Assembly: GCA_018057765.1 (NCBI GenBank)
Contig: JAGPDB010000004.1
Span: forward strand, 12,691 to 76,690
DNA length: 64,000 bases
Direction of reading: 5' to 3'
DNA from: Acidimicrobiia bacterium
GTDB taxonomy: Bacteria; Actinomycetota; Acidimicrobiia; IMCC26256; JAGPDB01
Program-made: the position numbers and the translations under genes
Shown here: piece after piece, positions 9,051 to 18,829 of the stretch
Layout of the letters: the number at the start of each line of letters is the position of its first letter
How positions within the stretch are numbered: the first letter of the stretch is position 1
Notes under the pieces: model-generated
Seen by the model: only the letters and a program-made list of their open reading frames with translations
Databases searched by the model: none
Told to the model about the DNA's origin: nothing

Positions 9051-11564
9051 ATGAAATGCCGACAATATACTGTGGTTATTAGTAGATTAAAGATTCTATT
9101 GAGCATATTATTATGCAGTGTATTATATCTCGGCGTCTCAGTTCCTTCGTATGGAACTGATCAAGCAATTAAAGCTGATGTTAATGTTTCGCAAAAAGTT
9201 GAAATTGCAATTACAAAATCTGGTTCTGACAAGATTTCTGTAATTTTAGAATTAAATGATTACACCAATTCAGATTTAAAAAATTCTAGTGATCGTCGTG
9301 AATTAAAGAACGATCAAAATGACATTATCGATGATATAAATCTAGATGCTGATCTCACAACTAAATTTTCTCGTTTTCCACTTGTTGCGACAGAGATAAC
9401 TTCTGATCAGTTAGACCAATTAAAAAATGACTCAAGAATAAAATCTATCTCATTGCAAGAACGCTACACAATTGATGATTTAAAAACACAAGCAACTCTT
9501 GCCCCAATGGGAGTTCAAATTCCATCTGATATTTTAAATGCAAAGGATGCTTGGAACCATTCGCCGTCCTATACAGGTATAGGACAAAAAATTGTAATAC
9601 TCGATAGTGGAATTGACAAAAACCACCCATATCTAGATGGTGCTGTTGTACACGAAGAATGTTTTGCATCTGGGCCAATGCCAAGGACTCAAGGAGTTGG
9701 GTCTTGTCCTGACGGTACACCTGCACAATCTGGAAACGATTCAGCATTACCTTGTGACAGTTCTATTCCTGGTTGTTACCATGGTACACATGTTGCAGGT
9801 ATTGCAGCTGGTCGACAAAATGTTCTTGGGGCACCATCACAAGCTGCGGGTGGTGTTGCTCCTGGTGCTTCTATAATAGCTATTAGAGTTTTTGGTGTAT
9901 ATTCATCTGCTCCATATTCAACTGGTCAAGATTGTGGAAATAATAGTACCGGCATTCTAAAGAAGTGTATTTTGGCAGAAAATGTTGATATTCTTCTGGC
10001 ACTACAGTGGATTATTGCAAATCCTACTGGTGTGGCCTCAGTTAATATGTCTTTAGGTGGCATAGGTGTGACCAATAATGCCTGTGATGGTGTTTATGAT
10101 TACTATACAATTGAACAAGGTGGTGCTCCTGGTTTAGGTAATGCTGTTACATCATTGAAAAACGATTACAAAATTGCAACAGTAGTCGCATCTGGAAATG
10201 GTGGATCTAAAAATGGAATCTCAGCACCAGCATGTGTCACAGATGCTATTGCAGTAGGTTCAACCCAGACAGGAAATAGTGTTGTTAGTACTTCGAATAC
10301 AGGAGTTCTTTTATCGCTTTTTGCACCTGGAGATAATATTCTATCTAGTATTCCCGATGATGGATATGCCTATTCGGGTGGTACTTCAATGGCAGCCCCT
10401 GCTATTGCTGGAGCATTTGCTTTGATCAAACAAGCTGTTCCCTCTGGAACTGTTTCATCTTGGCTAACAAGATTCCAAAATTCAGGTACTAATATAATCG
10501 ATGGTTCACCAAGTATAACTCGCAAATTACCAAATATTTTAGATGCAATTAATAATGTTGCATCTTCGGTGCCGACTGCTCCTGGTTATGTCAATGCGAG
10601 TACTGGATATGGATATGCTTATTTAACCTGGTCTAGTGTCGTTGGTGCTAACTCATATCGGATAATCAATAGTAGTGGCAACACAATTGCAGATGTATCA
10701 TCTGGAACTACGGCATATAATGTTGCAACCATACCATATACAAATAATTATTTTGCAGTAAGGGCATCTAATAGTTCTGGTTCATCAGTGTATAAATATT
10801 CAAATAATATTGTTGGACTACCTAACACCTCTCAAGTTGGTTATACATTTTTTGCATCGAATGGAGCTACAGTTGGTTTTGGATCAGCTAGCCTAAGCAC
10901 ACATAGCAACTTAGGAATTAATAATGTAGTTGGTGGAAGTTCAAATCGTTATAGCACTGGTGCTTGGGGTGTATCATCAGCAGGAGACGTTTATTCATAT
11001 GGCTCCGCAGGATTTTATGGTTCTATGGGTGGACAGCGTTTGAATAAGCCCATGATTTCTATTGCCTCAACTGCAACTAGTAATGGTTATTGGATGGTTG
11101 CTAGTGATGGTGGTATCTTTAGTTTTGGTGATGCTCAATTTTATGGTTCGACTGGTTCAATCAGATTGAATAAACCTGTAGTCGGGATGGCACCTACTCC
11201 GAGTGGTAATGGTTATTGGATGGTTGCTAGTGATGGTGGTATCTTTAGTTTTGGTGATGCTCAATTTTATGGTTCGACTGGTTCAATCAATTTGAATCGA
11301 CCTATTGTTGGGATGACTCCTACTCCGAGTGGTAATGGTTATTGGTTGGTTGCTAGTGATGGTGGTATCTTTGCTTTTGGTGATGCTCAATTTGCTGGTT
11401 CTCTTGGGGGCCTAAATGTTAACGATGCTATTGGTATGAAACGTAATGATTCTGGAACAGGCTATTGGATCTTTAGATCTGACGGTAGTGTCTATAGTTT
11501 TGGATCGGCACCATTTCTAGGCCATGGTGCTGGACGAGGGCTTTCTTACGTCCAAGCTGGCTAA
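9051..11564 (+). CDS. Secreted subtilisin-like (S8) serine protease with FN3-like domain and C-terminal ~42-aa propeller-like repeats
   Basis: 837 aa with an N-terminal signal/TM. The catalytic triad is visible: VILDSGID (Asp), HGTHVAGI (His), GGTSMAAP (Ser). The FN3-like segment is AYLTWSSVVGANSYRI. There are 5-6 repeats of the form GYWMVASDGGIFSFGDAQFYGS. Confidence 0.85.
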   Translation: MKCRQYTVVISRLKILLSILLCSVLYLGVSVPSYGTDQAIKADVNVSQKVEIAITKSGSDKISVILELNDYTNSDLKNSSDRRELKNDQNDIIDDINLDADLTTKFSRFPLVATEITSDQLDQLKNDSRIKSISLQERYTIDDLKTQATLAPMGVQIPSDILNAKDAWNHSPSYTGIGQKIVILDSGIDKNHPYLDGAVVHEECFASGPMPRTQGVGSCPDGTPAQSGNDSALPCDSSIPGCYHGTHVAGIAAGRQNVLGAPSQAAGGVAPGASIIAIRVFGVYSSAPYSTGQDCGNNSTGILKKCILAENVDILLALQWIIANPTGVASVNMSLGGIGVTNNACDGVYDYYTIEQGGAPGLGNAVTSLKNDYKIATVVASGNGGSKNGISAPACVTDAIAVGSTQTGNSVVSTSNTGVLLSLFAPGDNILSSIPDDGYAYSGGTSMAAPAIAGAFALIKQAVPSGTVSSWLTRFQNSGTNIIDGSPSITRKLPNILDAINNVASSVPTAPGYVNASTGYGYAYLTWSSVVGANSYRIINSSGNTIADVSSGTTAYNVATIPYTNNYFAVRASNSSGSSVYKYSNNIVGLPNTSQVGYTFFASNGATVGFGSASLSTHSNLGINNVVGGSSNRYSTGAWGVSSAGDVYSYGSAGFYGSMGGQRLNKPMISIASTATSNGYWMVASDGGIFSFGDAQFYGSTGSIRLNKPVVGMAPTPSGNGYWMVASDGGIFSFGDAQFYGSTGSINLNRPIVGMTPTPSGNGYWLVASDGGIFAFGDAQFAGSLGGLNVNDAIGMKRNDSGTGYWIFRSDGSVYSFGSAPFLGHGAGRGLSYVQAG
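11079..11456 (+). repeat. Three tandem 126-bp (42-aa) coding repeats, units 1 and 2 nearly identical at nucleotide level
   Basis: TAATGGTTATTGG recurs at 11081, 11207 and 11333, giving a 126-bp period. A stretch of about 85 nt (ggttattggatggttgctagtgatggtggtatctttagttttggtgatgctcaattttatggttcgactggttcaatc) is identical between units 1 and 2. Confidence 0.9.
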
Positions 11565-11612
11565 AAAGTGAATAGCTTCGCGGGTTGAACCTTGGAAAGC
11601 TAAGATATATAA

Positions 11613-12143
11613 ATGGTTTCAGAATCCGAAAAGTGGCAAGCATTAAATGACTTATACATTGAACATGCCGAATCCCTAGATAAAGACCATTTAGTGGTTT
11701 CGGCGGTTATTGCTAGTGGTAGAAAAATTTTAGTTATTAGACGATCTAAAAAAGATACATACCCTGGAATGTGGGAATTTCCAGGTGGTGGGGTAGACAA
11801 GGGCGAAAACGTCATTCAAGCGATTAAAAGAGAAATTAAAGAAGAAACAAATCTAGACGTTGGCGAATTTCCTGTTTCAGAACTGATGACCCATCCAACT
11901 CGTACTGCATTAAGAATCATTATGGAATTTAATTGTCAAAATGTTGATGATCTTATTTTATCTAGTGAACATGATATGTGCTATTGGTTAGATATTGACC
12001 AATTAGCTCGACCTGACACCATGAATGATATGGCTAGAGAAATTTATGCGACTATGCGTGATGAAAATAAATCTGTATTAGATATGATGATTACCCGATT
12101 CATAGATCTGAGGTTTCCAGATGACGATCATAATATTTGGTGA
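11613..12143 (+). CDS. NUDIX hydrolase (MutT-like)
   Basis: 176 aa. The Nudix box GMWEFPGGGVDKGENVIQAIKREIKEETNL is present. Confidence 0.85.
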   Translation: MVSESEKWQALNDLYIEHAESLDKDHLVVSAVIASGRKILVIRRSKKDTYPGMWEFPGGGVDKGENVIQAIKREIKEETNLDVGEFPVSELMTHPTRTALRIIMEFNCQNVDDLILSSEHDMCYWLDIDQLARPDTMNDMAREIYATMRDENKSVLDMMITRFIDLRFPDDDHNIW

Positions 12144-12789
12144 TTCAATTACTAATCGTGCTGATGACCAAACTGGTGGAGGCTGGACGTCACGATTGTG
12201 GTCGAAAATATATTCCGATTTTTCACAGAAATATGCTGAAGGTGTTGTTTTGAGTAAACACTCAGTTTTAGAACTTGGTATTGGTGGAGATGATATTTTA
12301 GGGATCGAAAATAGGTGGGAATCCGAATACCATACCCGAGTAAATAATGTAGATAATATAGAAGAAATAATTGTAGGTATCGCAGTCGGCATTAATGATT
12401 CTCGTTTAGAACTAGATACTGGTAAAAATCATATTTCAATAGAAGATTTTACAAATGCTTATATTCGTGTTTTAGACAAAATGAAAATATTAAAATTAAA
12501 AGTTTTTATAGTAGGTTTGACTCCAGTAGACGAAAATAAGGTAAATCCTTGTTTATGGATTGACCCTCCAACAAGTTATCAAAACGATATTATTTTAAAA
12601 TATAATGAAGTATTAGTAGGTTTGGCTAAAAAATATAAGCATAACTTTGTTGATGTGTATAGTATCCTTCAACAACAAATTGAAGAAAATGAGCCAATTA
12701 GCATATTGAGTGATGGCTTGCATCCGAATGCTGATGGCCATGAATTAATAGCACAGCAAGCATATAGATCAATTAAGTCAATGTTGTAG
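12121..12789 (+). CDS. SGNH/GDSL-family hydrolase (esterase/lipase-like)
   Basis: 222 aa. Block I is IIIFGDSIT, block III is GINDS, block V is DGLHPN. It overlaps the NUDIX gene by 23 nt. Confidence 0.8.
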   Translation: MTIIIFGDSITNRADDQTGGGWTSRLWSKIYSDFSQKYAEGVVLSKHSVLELGIGGDDILGIENRWESEYHTRVNNVDNIEEIIVGIAVGINDSRLELDTGKNHISIEDFTNAYIRVLDKMKILKLKVFIVGLTPVDENKVNPCLWIDPPTSYQNDIILKYNEVLVGLAKKYKHNFVDVYSILQQQIEENEPISILSDGLHPNADGHELIAQQAYRSIKSML

Positions 12790-12835
12790 CCAAGATTTGG
12801 GGTGAATATTTGACTTTAGCCTAGAATATATCTCC

Positions 12836-15463
12836 ATGAGTTTTAAAGTACCAGACAAAGTTAATCCAGATGGACTTGAAGATAAATGGTCTATTGTTTG
12901 GGACAAGAAACAGATTTATAAATTTGATCGTACCCGTGCCCGCGACGAAATCTTTTCGATTGATACACCTCCGCCAACTGTAAGTGGCTCACTTCATATT
13001 GGTCACGTATTTTCATATACTCACACCGATGCAATTGCGCGCTATAAAAGAATGTCTGGAAAACATGTTTTTTATCCTATGGGTTGGGATGATAACGGTT
13101 TACCAACAGAACGCCGTGTCCAAAATTATTTTGGTGTTACTTGTGATCCAAGTATTGCCTATGATGAAAATTTTGATCCACCACAAGAGCCATTTGATCC
13201 ACCACAAGCAATCTCAAGGAGAAACTTTGTTGAACTTTGCTCATTGCTAGTTGGAGAAGATGAAGAAAAGTTCGAAGAATTGTGGCGCCATATGGGGCTT
13301 AGCATTGATTGGTCTATGACTTATACCACTATAGGTACTGTGTCTCAACAGATTTCTCAAAACGGTTTTCTCCAGATGGTCAATAGAGGTGCGGCATATT
13401 TAAGTGATGCTCCTACAATGTGGGATGTTGATTTTAAAACTGCTGTTGCCCAAGCGGAAATTGAAGACCGTGAAAAAGGTGGTAAATTTTTTAAACTAAA
13501 ATTTCACTTTCTAGATGAAGCCACTAACAAGGCATCAGAAGAATATCTAACTATCGAAACAACTCGTCCTGAACTTATTGCAGCCGATGTCGCTATAGTT
13601 GTAAATCCAGAAGATGAAAATCTAAAGCATCTTATTGGGAGAAAAGTACTTACCCCTATTTTTAGTATTCCGCTTGAGATTTTTCCACATCATTTGGCTG
13701 ACCCCAAAAAAGGTTCAGGTGCAGCTATGGTTTCTACTTGGGGCGATATTACCGATGTTATTTGGTGGAGAGAACTTGATCTCCCTGTTCATTGCATTAT
13801 CGGTCGCGATGGCCGAGTGCTTGATATTGAAGGTGGACTAGCAAAGTTTGGTTCTATAGATCCAGAAAACGCTGATAAAAATTTTGCTCGCATTATTGGT
13901 AAATTTATGAATCAAGCCCGTAATGAGATGGCGGTCATGCTTGAAGAATCAGGTGATATTTTAGAGGATCCTCGCGAGATAATGCATCCTGTTAAATTTT
14001 TTGAAAAAGGTGATCGCCCATTAGAAATTGTTTCGTCTCGTCAGTGGTATTTTAAAAATGGAGGCAGAGATGATGATCTAAAAGTTGAATTAAAAAAACT
14101 TGGATCTGAAATAAAATGGCATCCAGAATTTATGGAGTCTCGTTATCAAAACTGGATTGATGGTCTAAATGGGGATTGGCTAGTTTCTCGTCAACGTTAC
14201 TTTGGCGTTCCGATACCTCTTTGGTACGCTATAGATGCTGATGGTGATATTGATTTTAACAATATTTTAAAGCCATTGCTTGAACAATTACCCATTGATC
14301 CTTCTAGCGATGTACCTAATGGTTATAGCGAATCTCAACGTGGTATTCCTGGTGGTTTTACAGGAGATCCTGATGTTATGGATACTTGGGCTACTTCATC
14401 GCTGACACCTCAAATTGCTGGACTTTGGTCTATAGATGATGACCTATTTAGAAGAATTTTTCCAATGGATTTGCGTCCACAGGCACATGAGATTATTCGG
14501 ACTTGGTTGTTTTCGACGGTTGTACGTTCATATTTTGAAGAAGGCACCATTCCATTTAAAAATACGATTTTATCCGGATGGGTATTAGATCCAGATAGAA
14601 AGAAAATGTCTAAATCGAAAGGCAATGTAGTTACACCAATGGCGATGTTACAAGAATACGGCTCCGACGCAGTGCGATATTGGGCTTGTAATGGAAGACC
14701 TGGTGTTGATACTGCTGTGGATGTTGGTGTGATGAAAAATGGTCGTCGATTAGTAACAAAAATGTTGAATGCTTCTAAATTTGTTCTTACTATTCTTAAT
14801 GAGATCGGTGTTGATTCTGAATATTTAGATGAAGTTGAAATTACAAATAAAGTAGATCAATCATTTTTGCTTTCATTAAATGATATGGTTACACGTGCAA
14901 CGAACTCATTTGAAGATTTAGATTACGCTCGCTCATTAGAAGTAACCGAAGCTAGTTTTTGGGATTTCTGTGATAACTATGTCGAGATTGTTAAGTCGCG
15001 TGCTTATGGCTCACAGGGTAAAGATTTAGCGCTACAAGCAGGTGCAACACTAAAAATAGCTTTAAATGTATATACGAAACTACTCGCACCAATAACTCCT
15101 TTTACCAGCGAAGAGATATATTCGTGGATAAGTGGAGAGTCAATACATATACAGAGCTGGCCATCTCAAGATGAAATTATTAGATTTAGTTTAGACTTAG
15201 ATAATAATCAAATCGAAATAGATGAATTAAAATCTGTTTATCGATATTTAAGTGAACTATCTGTCCATCCACGCGGGTTTAAAACTACACAGAAGGTATC
15301 TTTAAAAACGGAATTGGCATTTTTTAATATTAATGATGTTCCAGGTAATATCAGTTTCAAGGATATGATAGAGCCAGATCTAAAAGATGTATCTAAAGCT
15401 GATGCAATTAATTGGTCTGAATCAAATGAATTCAGTTTTCAGATAGGTCTTAAAAATGATTGA
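12836..15463 (+). CDS. valS: Valyl-tRNA synthetase
   Basis: 875 aa. The HIGH motif is GSLHIGHVFSY and the KMSKS motif is KKMSKSKGN. A class Ia editing-domain-sized insertion is present. Confidence 0.93.
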   Translation: MSFKVPDKVNPDGLEDKWSIVWDKKQIYKFDRTRARDEIFSIDTPPPTVSGSLHIGHVFSYTHTDAIARYKRMSGKHVFYPMGWDDNGLPTERRVQNYFGVTCDPSIAYDENFDPPQEPFDPPQAISRRNFVELCSLLVGEDEEKFEELWRHMGLSIDWSMTYTTIGTVSQQISQNGFLQMVNRGAAYLSDAPTMWDVDFKTAVAQAEIEDREKGGKFFKLKFHFLDEATNKASEEYLTIETTRPELIAADVAIVVNPEDENLKHLIGRKVLTPIFSIPLEIFPHHLADPKKGSGAAMVSTWGDITDVIWWRELDLPVHCIIGRDGRVLDIEGGLAKFGSIDPENADKNFARIIGKFMNQARNEMAVMLEESGDILEDPREIMHPVKFFEKGDRPLEIVSSRQWYFKNGGRDDDLKVELKKLGSEIKWHPEFMESRYQNWIDGLNGDWLVSRQRYFGVPIPLWYAIDADGDIDFNNILKPLLEQLPIDPSSDVPNGYSESQRGIPGGFTGDPDVMDTWATSSLTPQIAGLWSIDDDLFRRIFPMDLRPQAHEIIRTWLFSTVVRSYFEEGTIPFKNTILSGWVLDPDRKKMSKSKGNVVTPMAMLQEYGSDAVRYWACNGRPGVDTAVDVGVMKNGRRLVTKMLNASKFVLTILNEIGVDSEYLDEVEITNKVDQSFLLSLNDMVTRATNSFEDLDYARSLEVTEASFWDFCDNYVEIVKSRAYGSQGKDLALQAGATLKIALNVYTKLLAPITPFTSEEIYSWISGESIHIQSWPSQDEIIRFSLDLDNNQIEIDELKSVYRYLSELSVHPRGFKTTQKVSLKTELAFFNINDVPGNISFKDMIEPDLKDVSKADAINWSESNEFSFQIGLKND

Positions 15464-16778
15464 TCCAGAATTAGAACAATGGCTTGAAAATCGACCTAAT
15501 ATGGAGAAAGATAACCCAAGTGGGTTATCTCGCAGAGCGTCGCGTCCTACTCTAGAGCGTATGAAATTGCTATGTAAATATCTAGGCGATCCACAGCTTG
15601 GTATAGATGCAATTCATATAACTGGAACAAATGGCAAAACATCCACTTGTAGAATTACCGAATCTTTGATGTCTATAAAAGGTTTCTCAACAGGACTACT
15701 TTCGTCTCCTCATTTAGGAAAATTAAATGAACGTGTTTCAATTAATTCTGAGCCTATTTCGGATTTTGAGCTTGAAAATTCATTAAATGTAATCAAAAAA
15801 TTAGAGTCCGAGATCGATGTTATAAGTGCCGATTCTCCATCATATTTTGAAATCATGGTTGCTGCTGGATTTTATGAAATGGATTCACAAGCTAGTGACG
15901 TGGGGATAATTGAAGTTGGTATGGGAGGTCTTTATGATGCAACTAATATTTGTGAGAGTAAAGTTAGCGTAATTACTAATGTTGGTTTAGATCATATGGC
16001 ATATCTAGGTGATAATGTTCACGATATTGCTTTAGAAAAAAGTGGGATTATCAAAGAAAATACAACAGTAGTTATTGGAGAAAAAGACGAAGAACTAGTC
16101 TCGTTGCTCAAAAGTATTGCATTAGAAAAAAATTGTCGTATTTATGTTGTGGATGAAGATTTTAAACTATTGAAAAATGATCAAGCAGTTGGTGGACGAT
16201 TACTTACAATGCAAACACCTTATGGTTATTATGAAGATGTTTTTTTGCCTCTGCTTGGTTTTCATCAAGGTGAAAATGCATTACTTGCACTAGTTGCTTG
16301 TGAAAGCTTTGTCGATGATTGTTTTGGTGATGAAATCATTCGTGAAGGATTTGATAAAGCTACTTCTCCGGGCCGTATGGAAATTATCTCTCGTCAACCT
16401 TTAATTATGTTAGATGGTGCTCACAATGTTCCTGGAGCGCAAGCATTGGCTTCTGCGTTAAGCGAAGAATTTGTTGCCCCTAGAAGGATATTTGTCATAG
16501 GTTTAACAAAAGAAAAAGATGCAAATGCAATGATCGATTCTTTAGGTATTGAAGACGAGGATATAATTATAGCATGTGCAGCTGATTCGGAAAAGGCGAT
16601 GGAACCTGGGGAAATAGTAGAGATTGGCAAATCTATGGGATTAGAAAATATCTCTATGAAAAATTCTCCTATAGAAGCTATTGAATTTGCACAAAGTATT
16701 GCTTTCGATGATGATCATATAATAGTTACTGGTAGTTTGTATGTTGTTGGTGAAATAAGGGATTTTATTCTTTCCTGA
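15456..16778 (+). CDS. folC: Folylpolyglutamate synthase / dihydrofolate synthase
   Basis: 440 aa. Mur-ligase P-loop ITGTNGKTST, plus DGAHN. It overlaps valS by 8 nt. The valS-folC pairing is conserved in Actinobacteria. Confidence 0.88.
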   Translation: MIDPELEQWLENRPNMEKDNPSGLSRRASRPTLERMKLLCKYLGDPQLGIDAIHITGTNGKTSTCRITESLMSIKGFSTGLLSSPHLGKLNERVSINSEPISDFELENSLNVIKKLESEIDVISADSPSYFEIMVAAGFYEMDSQASDVGIIEVGMGGLYDATNICESKVSVITNVGLDHMAYLGDNVHDIALEKSGIIKENTTVVIGEKDEELVSLLKSIALEKNCRIYVVDEDFKLLKNDQAVGGRLLTMQTPYGYYEDVFLPLLGFHQGENALLALVACESFVDDCFGDEIIREGFDKATSPGRMEIISRQPLIMLDGAHNVPGAQALASALSEEFVAPRRIFVIGLTKEKDANAMIDSLGIEDEDIIIACAADSEKAMEPGEIVEIGKSMGLENISMKNSPIEAIEFAQSIAFDDDHIIVTGSLYVVGEIRDFILS

Positions 16779-16842
16779 GTTTGACTATTATCCCGATGTT
16801 AGGCTAACCTAACTTTCGATATATCTAATCAGAAGGTGAAAT

Positions 16843-17700
16843 ATGCTTGCAACATTCTTAATAATGCTCCGCGAAGGTCTTGAAGCTGCTCTAATCATTG
16901 CAATCATTGCAATATTTTTAGCGAAAATGAATCGTCAGGATTTATTTAAATACCTATATATAGGGATTGCTTTAGCGGCAGTTATTTGTGTTGGAGTGGG
17001 TACATTTTTTCATTTTGCACAAAGGGAATTCCCGCAACGCGACCAAGAGCTTATTGAGGGTTATATAGGAATAGCAGCGGTTTGTGTTTTAATTTGGATG
17101 GTATTTTGGATGCGTAAAGCAGGACGTAAAATTAAAGGTGAATTAGAGGAAAAGCTTTCAGTAGTAATGAAAAGTGACGATAGTGCACAAACTAAGATTT
17201 TGATATCTATGGCATTCTTTGCTGTACTTCGTGAAGGTGTCGAAAGCGTACTGTTCTTATTTGCAGCAACTGAATCAGCTAGCATCCTCAGTTTTCTCGG
17301 AGCGGCATTAGGTCTTATAGTTGCAATAATAATTGGTGTTCTAATTTACAAAAGATCATCAAAAATTAACATTGCTAAATTTTTCCACTTCACCTCTATT
17401 GCAATAATCATATTTGCCTCTGGGTTGGCTGCTACTTCTACTAGAAAATTTGCAGAGGCTGGCGTTATTTCATCCTTGCAACAATCGGCGTATGACATAC
17501 ATAGTGTATTGCCAAACAATTCAATTTTTGGAGCAATATTTGGCTCATTTTTTGGATATAGCGATTCACCAGCTGTAGCTGAAGTACTTGTATTCTTCGC
17601 AGTGCTTATTGTCACATTGTTTGCATTTTATACATTCAAACCATCAAATTCTAAAATTCAAAAATTAAAAACCGAAAAAGTTTTACAAGTCACTAAATAA
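16843..17700 (+). CDS. efeU: FTR1/EfeU-type iron permease
   Basis: 285 aa and polytopic. Two REXXE motifs are present: REGLEAALI and REGVESVLF. Confidence 0.85.
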   Translation: MLATFLIMLREGLEAALIIAIIAIFLAKMNRQDLFKYLYIGIALAAVICVGVGTFFHFAQREFPQRDQELIEGYIGIAAVCVLIWMVFWMRKAGRKIKGELEEKLSVVMKSDDSAQTKILISMAFFAVLREGVESVLFLFAATESASILSFLGAALGLIVAIIIGVLIYKRSSKINIAKFFHFTSIAIIIFASGLAATSTRKFAEAGVISSLQQSAYDIHSVLPNNSIFGAIFGSFFGYSDSPAVAEVLVFFAVLIVTLFAFYTFKPSNSKIQKLKTEKVLQVTK

Positions 17701-17707
17701 GGAAAAA

Positions 17708-18829
17708 ATGAAAAAGATAGTTGTCGTTTCAATTTTAATATTGTCTATATTTCTAGTTGGATGCTCAGATACAAAGACCTCGTCGGGTTCAAATACGATT
17801 TCGATAGGCTTTGATGCGGACAAAGGTTGCACACAAGATAAATATGTTGCGCTTTCAGGTTCAATTGAGGTAACCGCAAAGAATGAGGGCAGTGATGTCG
17901 GAGAACTCGAAATACTTGATGGTGATCGAATTAAAGGTGAAGCAGAAAACATTATTTCTGGTGTTGCAAAAAAATTCACAGTTAAATTAGACGAAGGTGA
18001 ATATGTTATTTACTGTGGTCGAAAACAGGCCAAGAGAGCAACATTAACTGTAGAGAAAAATAGTAACGCAACAGATTCAAAAGCTAGTGAAGATATTATA
18101 AAAGCAACTGCTCAATATAAAGATTATGTTATCGCGCAGACAGTTCTGCTAGAAACCAGCGTTAAAGCTTTAACTGATGCAGTACGTGCTGGCGAAATAG
18201 AAGCAGCAAAACAAGCATTTGGACCATCGCGAGAGCCATGGGAAAGAATTGAACCTATTGCAGAATTATTTGCTAAATATGATGGTGTCATAGATTCAAG
18301 AGTAGATGATTTCTTGAGTGAAACAGACCCAGAATTTACAGGGTTCCACCGAATTGAATATAGCATATTTGAATTAAATACTACTGATGGGATATCACAA
18401 ATAGCAGATAAATTAGATGGGGACATATTGGCTCTAACAATAGAAATAAAAGCGTTAGATATTGATCCATTCGATATGGCTAAAGGTCCTCAAATTTTAA
18501 TGGAGGAAATTGCTAATGGAAAAATTACAGGAGAAGAAGATCGGTATAGTGGAACAGATTTATTCGATTTCAATGCAAATATTGAAGGCAGCAAAGCAAT
18601 AGTAGACTTTTTGAGGCCAGCACTGCTAGATGTAAAATCAGATTTAGCTAAGAGGTATGATGAATTAAATACTAAAATCGTTGACCGTCTAAATAAGTAT
18701 CGAAATACTGATGGAACATACCAGAATTATAAAATGTTAACTGAACAAGATAAAAACCAATTCAAAGCAGATGTTGCTTCTGCAAGTGAATTGCTTGCAG
18801 AATTACCAGGCGTTTTAGGGCTAAAGTAA
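17708..18829 (+). CDS. efeO: EfeO-like lipoprotein (cupredoxin-like N-domain + imelysin/M75-like domain)
   Basis: 373 aa. The lipobox is FLVGCSD. The N-domain ends in EYVIYCG. An HxxE motif occurs in GFHRIEY. The gene lies between efeU and efeB. Confidence 0.75.
   Translation: MKKIVVVSILILSIFLVGCSDTKTSSGSNTISIGFDADKGCTQDKYVALSGSIEVTAKNEGSDVGELEILDGDRIKGEAENIISGVAKKFTVKLDEGEYVIYCGRKQAKRATLTVEKNSNATDSKASEDIIKATAQYKDYVIAQTVLLETSVKALTDAVRAGEIEAAKQAFGPSREPWERIEPIAELFAKYDGVIDSRVDDFLSETDPEFTGFHRIEYSIFELNTTDGISQIADKLDGDILALTIEIKALDIDPFDMAKGPQILMEEIANGKITGEEDRYSGTDLFDFNANIEGSKAIVDFLRPALLDVKSDLAKRYDELNTKIVDRLNKYRNTDGTYQNYKMLTEQDKNQFKADVASASELLAELPGVLGLK

Noticed and set aside
9445-9876. ORFs 9445..9747 (-) and 9637..9876 (+) inside the S8 protease gene
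   Set aside because: They are fully nested in a CDS with a clear catalytic triad and have no motifs of their own. They are overlapping-frame artefacts, as are the other short nested ORFs in the track (for example within valS, mrdA, efeU, the ABC exporter and metY).
11079-11456. Regularly spaced near-identical repeats as a possible CRISPR array or minisatellite
   Set aside because: The repeats are in frame inside the S8 protease CDS, have a 126-bp period with no unique spacers, and encode a protein repeat.
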